Positions 45,036 through 54,224 are shown, numbered from the stretch's first letter. The stretch: DNA of 64,000 bases from Promethearchaeati archaeon (GCA_013166775.1 JABLTJ010000001.1:130237-194236); one strand, 5' to 3'. The notes: generated from the sequence alone by a model not told the origin. Made by a program: numbers and translations.

Positions 45036-45308
45036 TTGAGGTGTTTTTCTAAACACATTACTCGCTCTAGTCAAGGACGGTTCGTTTGCCACCAGTGCAA
45101 GTATGGACTCAATGCTGATTTGAACAGTGCAAGGAACATAGCTAAAAGGTTAATTACCTATGTCTTAAATCCAAGTGGAGCGTTCAAAACAAAGAACATA
45201 CTTCGTGACTATCTTTCTGGAGATTTTCATGATTTGGAGGAGTATGGAAGCTTTAATCCCTTAGGCCAGTGGCTTAAGTATTCCTCAGGGGATACATCGT
45301 TTCTGTAG
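45036..45308 (+). pseudogene. tnpB: 3' remnant of an IS200/IS605-family tnpB (OrfB) gene
   Basis: GRFVCHQCKYGLNADLNSARNIAKR matches the TnpB/Cas12f C-terminal zinc-finger/RuvC-III end (f-C-x2-CG-x3-dRD-x-NAA-x-NI). Everything N-terminal to it is missing (in-frame stop at 44979). Confidence 0.55.
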
Positions 45309-45508
45309 ATTCGATGGGACAGGTGATATGAGTTACCTCTTGTAACAGGAGATGATTCCCAAGGACAGGTTTTCTGTTTTTCAACAGCTGATACCGGTCT
45401 AGGATGAGTCCTGAAACGTTCTTTACAATTTCTAGTAAGAAGTTGTCGGAGAAAGTAACTCATACACACATTTTTTATATTGAAATGTAAGAATTGTATT
45501 TGATCGCA

Positions 45509-47029
45509 ATGGCGATGCAGAGTAAAAGCCAAACTATTCCATGGGTAGAGAAGTACCGTCCTGAAACTTACAAGGATTTTGTTGGCAATAAGGAAGAAGT
45601 AAGGAAATTGGAAAATTGGCTAAAGACATGGAATCAGCAAAGAAAAAAAGCTGCATTGCTAGCTGGTCCTGCAGGTGTTGGTAAAACAAGCGTAGTCTAC
45701 TACCTAATAAAGAAATACAACTATGAATTTGTAGAAGTTAATGCGAGTGATAAGCGAAATAAAAAAGCAGTAGAAATGCTTGTTGGTAAATCATCTACTG
45801 AAGGGACTGTTCTACAAGGTGCAAGAGTTCGTAAACTGATTCTTGTAGATGAAGCTGATGGATTATTTGGAAACGCGGATAGGGGTGGAGGTCAAGCACT
45901 TGACAGAGCTATAAAAGCTACAAGAACTCCAATTATATGTACTGCAAACGACCCTTCAGCATCGGTTTTAAAAGCTGCTAAACGAAATATGCTTGTAGTT
46001 GATTTTAAAAGTTTAAAGGATGAAGAAATTCTTACTCTTCTCAAATCAATAGAAGAGAAAGAGAATTTGAATGTTGGTGATGATATACTTTTAGCAATTA
46101 CAAAAAATAGCGGAGGAGATGCTCGTGCAGCTATCAACGATTTAGAGGGTGTATCTGTTGAGGGCATAAAAGGAGTAACATTTTTTTCTCGAAATCAAGA
46201 AAAGAGTTTAGATACTGCTTTAATTAATATATTTCAGGCAGATAGTTATCAATCTGCAAAGAGTGCTGTAGATGATCTTGATGTTGATTACAGAGAATTA
46301 CTGATGTATGTTTTCGAACATGCTTACAAACAAGCAAGTACAAATACAGAATTATTCAATATGTATGAGTTAATTGCTGAAGCAGATATATACCTCTCTC
46401 ACTGTTATAAGAAACAAGATTGGAAATTTCTCAAATATTTCTTTACGTTTATATCCTCTGTAGGTCTAGTTAAAAGTTCACCCTTCAAACATACTAAATT
46501 TGGCTTTCCTGGATATTGGGCACTAATGGGGAGACTTAGGGGTAAAAATGCAAAAATTAATTCAATAGCACAAAAAAGTATAAAATATTTACATTGTTCT
46601 CAGAGAATTTTTGTAAAGGAAATTTACCCCTATCTTAAAATTATTTTCAATTCAGATCCCAAGATGGCTGGAGGGATTGCAGCATTTCTTCAATTCGATG
46701 AAGAGAACATAAGTTTTCTTACAAATGATTCAAGCAAACTCATTAAGGAAATAATGAAACACAAAGAGAGTGCATATGTTCAGATGGCTGAACAATGGAT
46801 GACCAAAGCTAAAGAAGCAGACGTAACAGTTTTTGATTTCATTAAACAGAACAAAACAAAGAAATTAGAAGTAAAAGATAAAAAGCCATCAGTGAAAGAA
46901 AAGAAAAATGAGAAAACTGTTGTTTCAGAAAAAAAAGAAACAGAAGTGAAGAGTGCTCAAATCCCAAAGAGCAAGAGTAAGAAGAAAAAAAGTTCACAGA
47001 TATCTTTAGAGAAATTCATGGAAAAATAA
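45509..47029 (+). CDS. rfcL: replication factor C large subunit
   Basis: PWVEKYRPETYKDFVGN, GPAGVGKTS (P-loop), LVDEADG, arginine finger region, Lys-rich tail ending in a PIP box QISLEKFM (46997-47020). ATG at 45509. Confidence 0.9.
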   Translation: MAMQSKSQTIPWVEKYRPETYKDFVGNKEEVRKLENWLKTWNQQRKKAALLAGPAGVGKTSVVYYLIKKYNYEFVEVNASDKRNKKAVEMLVGKSSTEGTVLQGARVRKLILVDEADGLFGNADRGGGQALDRAIKATRTPIICTANDPSASVLKAAKRNMLVVDFKSLKDEEILTLLKSIEEKENLNVGDDILLAITKNSGGDARAAINDLEGVSVEGIKGVTFFSRNQEKSLDTALINIFQADSYQSAKSAVDDLDVDYRELLMYVFEHAYKQASTNTELFNMYELIAEADIYLSHCYKKQDWKFLKYFFTFISSVGLVKSSPFKHTKFGFPGYWALMGRLRGKNAKINSIAQKSIKYLHCSQRIFVKEIYPYLKIIFNSDPKMAGGIAAFLQFDEENISFLTNDSSKLIKEIMKHKESAYVQMAEQWMTKAKEADVTVFDFIKQNKTKKLEVKDKKPSVKEKKNEKTVVSEKKETEVKSAQIPKSKSKKKKSSQISLEKFMEK

Positions 47030-47033
47030 AACA

Positions 47034-47381
47034 TTATTTATCTTCTTTAGATTTTGTAAACTGCTCTCCAAGAGGGAAAATCATTCCAGATGATAAAAGA
47101 AATTGAAGCATTTTTTTAAAGTTGGAAACATGATATGATTCCTGATTCAATTTCTTTCGAACCATGCGGTTGTTCATTAAATAATCAAGACTTTTTCTAA
47201 CGTCTGATTCTCTGATTCCAGTAACTTCAATAAGCTCTTCTAAACTCATACCTTCTTCGTATAAGCTTAATGAAACTGCAACAACTCCTACATTTACTCT
47301 ATCTATAACATCATCTGTCAATTCAGCATTAGTATCTGGTTCTTCCTTGTTCACTGAAAATCTCCTCTTAGTTATTTTCAT
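47034..47381 (-). CDS. small winged-helix protein
   Basis: MSLEELIEVTGIRESDVRKSLDYLMNNRMVRKK has an HTH + wing pattern. Overlaps the upstream PRTase gene end by 14 nt. Confidence 0.5.
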   Translation of the reverse strand: MKITKRRFSVNKEEPDTNAELTDDVIDRVNVGVVAVSLSLYEEGMSLEELIEVTGIRESDVRKSLDYLMNNRMVRKKLNQESYHVSNFKKMLQFLLSSGMIFPLGEQFTKSKEDK

Positions 47382-47961
47382 GTTTTAATATTAAAGTGAA
47401 ATATGCATCTACAAGAGATGGAGGGATTCCTATATCTTTTAGTTTCTTACTTATTTCTTTCACATTCATAGTATCTCGCATTTGATTATACAAGAAAGCA
47501 ACAAATTCACCATATTCCCATGGGTAAACTACCCAAGATTGAGTTTCTCTTATGTAATAATCAGGTTTGAGAATACTATGTTTTTTATAATACAACGTTG
47601 CAGTTCTAATCTCTTTAGGATTCATACTTTTGATATGCTCCACTGCAGCAATTAGACTTTTTCCTGAATCAGCTACATCATCTACTACAAGTACTATTTT
47701 ACCCTCAACATTCTCCGAAATTTCTTGTGTGATTATCGGCTCGTCAGAAGCTCTGGTAGTATTATCATAGAATTCAATTTTGATGTTTGCTGTTCTCCTG
47801 TTTCCATAGAAATCGGCCAACAGTCTTGCTGGTATCCATCCCCCCCTAGCAATTCCAACAATTATATCTGGAAAAAATTCATCATCAGTGATTTTTTCAA
47901 ATAAGTAAAATGTCATTTGGTAACTCTGATCCCATGAAACGATTTCATAGTCTACCATCAA
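47368..47961 (-). CDS. purine phosphoribosyltransferase (hypoxanthine/xanthine-guanine PRT type)
   Basis: PRPP-binding motif VLVVDDVADSGKSL; IVGIARGGWIPARLLAD. Confidence 0.85.
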   Translation of the reverse strand: MMVDYEIVSWDQSYQMTFYLFEKITDDEFFPDIIVGIARGGWIPARLLADFYGNRRTANIKIEFYDNTTRASDEPIITQEISENVEGKIVLVVDDVADSGKSLIAAVEHIKSMNPKEIRTATLYYKKHSILKPDYYIRETQSWVVYPWEYGEFVAFLYNQMRDTMNVKEISKKLKDIGIPPSLVDAYFTLILKHENN

Positions 47962-48080
47962 TAACCACGACTTGAAATTATGTGTCGTTTGTTAAAAAGA
48001 TTCTTAAAGATGCTAAAGAGCTGTTATTTACAAAAGGTTAATAATTTGAAATCACCCTAGAATTTTGAACTACTAAATAG

Positions 48081-50333
48081 GTGAAAAAAATGTCTTTTAT
48101 TGAAAGATTACAATTAAATCCTGAAGAAAAACAAGTTTACCAACTTCTTTTAGGTGGAGGACAATTAACTACTTTTGAAATAACGCAGTTTAGCAAGTTA
48201 CATTTTTCAAAGGTAAAGGTTGCATTAGATTCTCTTCTGAATAAAGGTGCAGTTGGTGCTTCAGAAGGATATGTGAAAAAATACTACGTGAAAATCCCAT
48301 TGGACTACTTGGGAGCAACAAGCGATCAACTAAGTGAGAATGTTAAAAGCACTCTTGGAAAGACAACATCTTTTCTACAAGAAAAGAAAGGAACATTTAA
48401 TCAATTGAAAGATAATCTATCTGTTAGCTTAAATGAATCAGTATCGAGAAAAGAAGCAGAATTAGATCAGAAACTAACACACACATCTTCTTCAATTAAA
48501 ACCTTAAACCAGCAACAAAAAGAAGATATTAGTCAGAAAACAGGAGATTTTTCAACCAAAATACTCTCTGATCAAGATAATCATCGAAGAAACGTTCAAA
48601 CAACATTGCAGAGTGTATTTGCAGACAGCCTAAATAGCTTGAATGAATCTAAAGCTTCTATCGATTCTTCTGTTTCTAATATTAAAGCAAAAAACGAGGA
48701 GAATCTTACTACATTCACTACAGAGATAGAGGAAAATTCTCAAGCATCCATTAACAAAATATCAGCAACTGCACAGGTAGTAAAACCGAAATTTGATGAA
48801 ATGAATCAACAGTATCTAAATGACATAGATTCAACAATCGCACAAATTAAACAAAACATAGATACTACAAAAATGGATGTAAGAGCATTCAACAGAAGTC
48901 AAACTGAGAAGTATGTTGGATATTCCACTGAAATAACTAGGGATACTGAACAAACAATAGAAGGAATTTCAGAAACAGTTTCAAGTTCTCTTACTGAATT
49001 AAACAATTCCCTTGATATGGTTTTGAACAACAAAGTAGAAGATATTTCTCTTCAAATTAAGGAATCTCTCTCCGCTTTAAACGAGAAAGTATCACAAATT
49101 AAAATTAGTTTATTAGAAGAGCTAATGCAGCAAAAAAACCAAGCAATTTCAAGTTCAGTTTCTCAAATCAGAGAAAGTATGAACTTAAAATTCACTGATT
49201 TAGGAAACAAAGAACAAAATCAGAGGAACAATATAGTTAGTGAAAGAGATATATTCATTCAAAAACTAGATGCAAAATATACTACTGCAATTAATGAATA
49301 CAATGAAAAAATAAATGAAGTCAAAGAGACAGCAATTACTCGATTCAGTGGATTTGAGGAGAATTTAATAGCACAAATTACTGCATCAACAGAAGAGATT
49401 GTAAACAGTATACGAGCTCAATTAGTCAAATTCAAAGAATTATCGACTCAACTAAATACAACACTTATTCAAGATCTTGATGCAGAATCGTCATCTTTGA
49501 AAGAGAATTGGGGAGAAATATCACAAAGATTAGATTTTCTCTCTCAAGAAACTGAAACAAAGCTTAATGAAAAATATAATGAATCTAAAAGTCTACTTCA
49601 ATCAACCATTTCTGAGGTTGTTTCTGGATTAAACAATCATCTTCAAAAAACAATAGAATCTGCGATAAACATTTCGAGAGATGCAATTGATAGTTCAAAA
49701 AGCGGAATACGAGAGAGTAAGGAGCTTGTCTCTGGTAAGTTGACTGAGGAAGTTGACTCTTCTGTTAAGTTTATTGAAGCTTCAGAAAGAAAATTAACAG
49801 ATACAGCTAACTATCTAATAAGTGCTACAATGAAACTAAAAAACGATTTTAGAACCTTAGAAGCCACATCAAGTGAAACGCAAATTCCTCCCGTTCAAAC
49901 AACTTCAATTGTAGGATTAGAAGCTGTTTTGGATCACTTGTCTAGAATTGTAAAAGATACAAAGAGAGGAGTAACTATTATGGTACCTAAAATTGAATAT
50001 ATTCCAACAGAATCTATAAAGCAGCTTCCAGCTACAGCTAAAGTCACTATAATAACTAGTTTAGATGAAGAAATGGATAGAGATTGGATAAATACTATAA
50101 CAGATGTTCAAGCTAATGTGGAATTAAGAAAACTAAGGGATACAGGAACAGGTGCTGAAATGCCTCGTTTCATTGGTGTCGAACGAGAAAATGAAGAAGT
50201 TCTGATTGCTGCTCAAGATGAAGCAACGAATGAAGTTGTTGGTATTCTTAGTAGATCAACATATTTCGCAAAATTAGTATCATACATTGTGATTTCTGAT
50301 TTCGGAAGAGGAAGATCTGTCCAAATAAAATAG
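48081..50333 (+). CDS. second TrmB-type wHTH + giant coiled-coil + C-terminal alpha/beta domain protein (paralog of 3284..5593)
   Basis: N-terminal EEKQVYQLLLGGGQLTTFEITQFSKLHFSKVKVALDSLLNKG; ~550 aa S/T/Q/E/K/N-rich helical region. C-terminal TTSIVGLEAVLDHLSRIVKDTKRGVTIMVP...VTIITS aligns with TSIIVGEEAIKASVTDIAMRSKFELLLVTP...ITLVSS of the other copy. Confidence 0.85.
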   Translation: MKKMSFIERLQLNPEEKQVYQLLLGGGQLTTFEITQFSKLHFSKVKVALDSLLNKGAVGASEGYVKKYYVKIPLDYLGATSDQLSENVKSTLGKTTSFLQEKKGTFNQLKDNLSVSLNESVSRKEAELDQKLTHTSSSIKTLNQQQKEDISQKTGDFSTKILSDQDNHRRNVQTTLQSVFADSLNSLNESKASIDSSVSNIKAKNEENLTTFTTEIEENSQASINKISATAQVVKPKFDEMNQQYLNDIDSTIAQIKQNIDTTKMDVRAFNRSQTEKYVGYSTEITRDTEQTIEGISETVSSSLTELNNSLDMVLNNKVEDISLQIKESLSALNEKVSQIKISLLEELMQQKNQAISSSVSQIRESMNLKFTDLGNKEQNQRNNIVSERDIFIQKLDAKYTTAINEYNEKINEVKETAITRFSGFEENLIAQITASTEEIVNSIRAQLVKFKELSTQLNTTLIQDLDAESSSLKENWGEISQRLDFLSQETETKLNEKYNESKSLLQSTISEVVSGLNNHLQKTIESAINISRDAIDSSKSGIRESKELVSGKLTEEVDSSVKFIEASERKLTDTANYLISATMKLKNDFRTLEATSSETQIPPVQTTSIVGLEAVLDHLSRIVKDTKRGVTIMVPKIEYIPTESIKQLPATAKVTIITSLDEEMDRDWINTITDVQANVELRKLRDTGTGAEMPRFIGVERENEEVLIAAQDEATNEVVGILSRSTYFAKLVSYIVISDFGRGRSVQIK

Positions 50334-50335
50334 TA

Positions 50336-50359
50336 TCTTTTCTTTTTTCATTTTTTTCT
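50336..50359 (+). terminator. oligo-T tract after the 48081..50333 gene
   Basis: atcttttcttttttcatttttttc begins 3 nt after the TAG stop. Confidence 0.35.
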
Positions 50360-50445
50360 GTTAAATCTAAAATGCATGCTGATGTAGAAGAATTTAAAAA
50401 GGGATGATAAGAGAAGCAAATTAATTAATTTAGGAGTTAGAAAAA

Positions 50446-50622
50446 ATGCCAACAGTTGTAAATGCTGAATGTTGTACTGCTTGTGAGGCTTGTATAGATA
50501 TCTGTCCTGAAAATGTTTATGAACTAGTCAAAGATATTTCCGTACCAGTTAGAAAAGAAGAATGTACTGATTGTGGTCTTTGCATTGACGAATGTCCAAG
50601 TGAATGTATAGACTTTGAGTAA
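50446..50622 (+). CDS. fdx: small 2x[4Fe-4S] ferredoxin (58 aa; not in the ORF track)
   Basis: MPTVVNAECCTACEACIDICPENVYELVKDISVPVRKEECTDCGLCIDECPSECIDFE carries two CxxCxxCxxxCP motifs. GGAG lies 9 nt upstream of the ATG. Confidence 0.75.
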   Translation: MPTVVNAECCTACEACIDICPENVYELVKDISVPVRKEECTDCGLCIDECPSECIDFE

Positions 50623-50745
50623 AACATTTTCCTTTTTCTCTTATTTATATTTTTAACTAGTATTATTTATGTTTGTATCTTCTAAAGATTCTCTTTCAAC
50701 CACATATACTACAACATCTTTATTTACTAAACTCTCATTTGTAAA

Positions 50746-53721
50746 ATGACAATGGCAAACTTAGCAGGTGTATATATTAAAACTCTTTCAAGTTCTAATA
50801 GTGACAATCCTCGCTCAACAATTCTAGCTACAATCAAGAAAGAAAATGTTGTGATAAATCTATGGTCGCCTTGGCATGATATAGGTGAATATATACAACC
50901 TTTCACATCTTTTAGAGTTTTTAACGCAGAAAAAAAAGAGAAGGATGATGCTATTTTTTATTCAGTTGGTTCGAAATCAATTTTCATAGTAGATTCTGAT
51001 ATCTTGATTAATGCAACTGCTATAAATAGTGTGTCTTTTTGTCCTCGAAGTTACTATTTAAATGAAATTGTGGGTGAATTACCCTCTCCTTACGTAGCTA
51101 TAAGGGGATCAATTGTTCATGATTGTTTGAATTCTGCTATAGTAAGTAAATCCAGACCATCAGAGGAGCTTTCGGCTGTACTAGATGCGTTTTCACTACA
51201 ATATGAAAATATTGGATATACAAAAGAAGCTGTTTATCAAGATGTTCGAGAAATGGCTGAATGTCTTGATCCTTTTGTTGAGAATTTGAAAGGTCAAACT
51301 ATACCTGAAATATTGTTTCTATCCCCCTTTTATGGAATTAGGGGAAGAATAGATATACTACATAATGACCATATTTTTGAATTAAAAACAGCAAAACTAA
51401 CAGAAGATAAGGAAATACGTTTTTCAGATCTACTCCAAGTAACAGCGTATCGTTATGGTTTGGAAAATTTTACTGAGCAAACTAAACCAAATGAGGGGAC
51501 AGTAATCTATGTGGGTACAAAAAAAGTTGTAGAAAAGAGTGCTGCACCAAATTGGGGTTTGTTAAGATATGCAATGATTCAAAGAAACACCGCATACAGA
51601 GTTTCTTATTTAGGCTATGAACCTAATATTCTCCCACCCAAAGATAAGAATAAATGCAGAAATTGCTTTGTGAAACACTATTGTGCAATTGTGTGTGCAG
51701 GTTTAAACCAAGAACGCAATTGTTCTACATGTCATCATGAATCATATTGCACAAAAAAAACATTGCCGAAGTCTCATCAGGACTATTTCAACAAATATAC
51801 ACGTTGGGTAAGAGAGGAGAAAAATGAATCTCGTAGGAATTTCTCTGATTTGTGGAAACTCAAAGTTGAACAAAGAGTTGCTAAAGGTAAATCAATTGAT
51901 AATTTAGTTTTGGAAAATGAAACTCAAGAAATAGGACATTCTCGTTTACTATTTTCATGCAATAATCAGTCAGAATTGCGTGAGGGAGATATTGTTGTTC
52001 TTAGTCAAGGTGATATTCTCAAGGGATACATAGTGACAGGAGTGGTGTCTTCCATAAGCGGTTCTTCTATTGAAATTATTCTTCGTTCAATGTCAGAAAA
52101 GATTACAGTTGTGGATCAGTATTCAATTGACGTTGGTTTCAGAAGACAACAAAGAGGTCTTTTCAATCTAGTATTTCGGAAAAACAAGTACAAGGAATAT
52201 GTAATTGAAGAAAAACCTCCTGATATAAAACATGCGAAAGGGAATTACATCTCCAATAACCAAATTCAGAATCAAGCAATTGAAAGAATATTGGGGACTC
52301 AAAATTATTGTCTTATTCAAGGACCAGCGGGAACAGGGAAAACCTATGTAATTGCAAAAGCAGCTATTACTCTTGCAAACAAAGGTGAAAAAGTATTACT
52401 TGCTGCTTTTACAAATAGAGCGGTTGATAATATTTGCAAATATTTGCTGGAAAATGGATATAATGGATTTGTAAGGCTTGGTGAAACTCACTCTATTCAA
52501 TCAGAAATCCGCAACTTTACTCTGAAGGCATATAAAGAAAAGAACGTGGATAGATCCATAACAAAGATTCTTGAGGATATTCCAATTATAGTATCGACAA
52601 CTTCCACAATTTCAAATCCTATTTTTGAGAAGATGGGTATTCAAACTGTAATTATCGATGAAGCCAGTCAAATGACTGAAACAACAGTTCTATCTGCACT
52701 GATTGAAGGAGATAGATTTGTTCTTGTTGGTGATCATAAACAACTCCCACCCGTTATTCAAAATCCAAAGGTATTACAAGAAGGATTGGGGATTTCAATA
52801 TTTGAAAGATTAGCAAACGCGTATTCTGGAGATATACATCTTCTGACGAGACAATTCAGAATGAATGAAAAATTAATTGAATTTTCAAACAACGAATTTT
52901 ATGATGGAAAATTGGAATCCTTTGATGAAGGGATTAGTTCACAATCTCTATCAAATTTAACTAATTTCAAAGAGAAATTTGAAACTCTCAAAAATGCTGA
53001 AATCTACAATCCAGAAAATCCTTTAGTTTTCCTTCCAACTAAAGGTGTTTTTGTACATGATAAAAAACTCAACAAGGAAGAAGCAAGAATAATAAGTGAA
53101 GTTGTTCCAAATCTTCAGAAATTAGGATTGGAGAAAGAACAACTTGGTATAATATGTCCATACAGAGGTCAAGTTAGTGAGATTAGAAGAAATCTACCAA
53201 CTGCTATTACAGTGGACACTGTAGATCGATTCCAAGGAAGTGACCGTGAAATTATAATTATCTCATTAACAGAATCCGAATTTCATGGTAACAAAGGTTT
53301 TGCTGATAATCGTAGGTTAAATGTTGCCATTACTCGAGCAAAGAAGAAACTAATAGTTGTTGGAGATCCAGACATCAGCAAAGGAACTCTAGGTAATTAC
53401 ATGAATTATCTTCAAAATAATGCTAAAATAATTGGAACAATTAAACAAAAAGTTGAGTCAAAGAAACCAATTATGCAGGAAACAATAATAATTGCAGACA
53501 GAATTCTCAAAAAAGCGGAAGAAGTTGACATAGCAAAGTTGAAAGATAAAGAAACCTCAAATAAATGTATCATCTGTCTAGAACCTGTTTATGAGAATGG
53601 GATAGAATGTCCTCTCTGTGAGCACATCTTTCATTTCAACCATCTGACAACCTGGATTAAAGAAAAAGAACGATGTCCTTTTTGTAAAACGAAATTAACT
53701 CTACTTTCTCCTTCTTCTTGA
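50746..53721 (+). CDS. dna2: Dna2-type nuclease-helicase (RecB/Cas4-like Fe-S nuclease + SF1B helicase) with C-terminal RING-H2-like zinc finger
   Basis: Nuclease: Cys99, RID203, ELK212-214, QxxxY231-235, C304x2C307x5C313. Helicase: GPAGTGKT, IIDEASQ, VGDHKQLPP, RQFRMN, DRFQGSDRE, NVAITRAKK. C-terminus (53566-53688): CIICLEPVYENGIECPLCEHIFHFNHLTTWIKEKERCPFC. Confidence 0.9.
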   Translation: MTMANLAGVYIKTLSSSNSDNPRSTILATIKKENVVINLWSPWHDIGEYIQPFTSFRVFNAEKKEKDDAIFYSVGSKSIFIVDSDILINATAINSVSFCPRSYYLNEIVGELPSPYVAIRGSIVHDCLNSAIVSKSRPSEELSAVLDAFSLQYENIGYTKEAVYQDVREMAECLDPFVENLKGQTIPEILFLSPFYGIRGRIDILHNDHIFELKTAKLTEDKEIRFSDLLQVTAYRYGLENFTEQTKPNEGTVIYVGTKKVVEKSAAPNWGLLRYAMIQRNTAYRVSYLGYEPNILPPKDKNKCRNCFVKHYCAIVCAGLNQERNCSTCHHESYCTKKTLPKSHQDYFNKYTRWVREEKNESRRNFSDLWKLKVEQRVAKGKSIDNLVLENETQEIGHSRLLFSCNNQSELREGDIVVLSQGDILKGYIVTGVVSSISGSSIEIILRSMSEKITVVDQYSIDVGFRRQQRGLFNLVFRKNKYKEYVIEEKPPDIKHAKGNYISNNQIQNQAIERILGTQNYCLIQGPAGTGKTYVIAKAAITLANKGEKVLLAAFTNRAVDNICKYLLENGYNGFVRLGETHSIQSEIRNFTLKAYKEKNVDRSITKILEDIPIIVSTTSTISNPIFEKMGIQTVIIDEASQMTETTVLSALIEGDRFVLVGDHKQLPPVIQNPKVLQEGLGISIFERLANAYSGDIHLLTRQFRMNEKLIEFSNNEFYDGKLESFDEGISSQSLSNLTNFKEKFETLKNAEIYNPENPLVFLPTKGVFVHDKKLNKEEARIISEVVPNLQKLGLEKEQLGIICPYRGQVSEIRRNLPTAITVDTVDRFQGSDREIIIISLTESEFHGNKGFADNRRLNVAITRAKKKLIVVGDPDISKGTLGNYMNYLQNNAKIIGTIKQKVESKKPIMQETIIIADRILKKAEEVDIAKLKDKETSNKCIICLEPVYENGIECPLCEHIFHFNHLTTWIKEKERCPFCKTKLTLLSPSS

Positions 53722-53774
53722 AAGATAGATATTCTAATTCAAATTAATGATAACTGCGATTTTTTTTTCTGAAA

Positions 53775-54224
53775 CTAACTATATATTAGTGTCAAAATTC
53801 TCCACATGATTGTAGTATAAAGTAATAGCAATACTCCTGCGAAATAGTAAGTAAAAGCATTGAAAGTGGCTTCACGTATACTATCTTTACTAATTGGATC
53901 AGAACCCACTATTTTTTCCTTCAAATTTGAAACTACAACTGATTGACCAAAATTCCCTATGCATGCCCCTAGAAAAATTACTAAACCTGCCTCTCCAAAA
54001 GTAAAATACTGCATAAAATAGAGAATATAAAGCATATCCTGGCTAAAACCGAAATAAAGAATTAATCCAATTATCACATCAATTATTACAAATGCTAGAG
54101 ATGTAATAAAACCTAGAAAAGCAATTCTTGGCCAATTTACTCGAATTTCTTTTTCTTCCTTCTCCTCTTCTAATTCAATATTGTCTACTTCTTTGTTTTT
54201 CCATTTTTTTTCCAGTTCATCCAT
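53775..54224 (-). CDS. membrane protein (4 TM helices), translationally coupled to the upstream ABC ATPase
   Basis: Acidic N-terminus then four hydrophobic helices. Its ATG overlaps the ABC gene stop (TAATG). Confidence 0.65.
   Translation of the reverse strand: MDELEKKWKNKEVDNIELEEEKEEKEIRVNWPRIAFLGFITSLAFVIIDVIIGLILYFGFSQDMLYILYFMQYFTFGEAGLVIFLGACIGNFGQSVVVSNLKEKIVGSDPISKDSIREATFNAFTYYFAGVLLLLYTTIMWRILTLIYS

Noticed and set aside
45227-45532. 101-aa minus-strand ORF spanning the tnpB remnant end and the rfcL start
   Set aside because: It has no motif, overlaps the rfcL start, and has Arg/Cys/His-rich composition typical of a non-coding frame in a locally GC-richer stretch.
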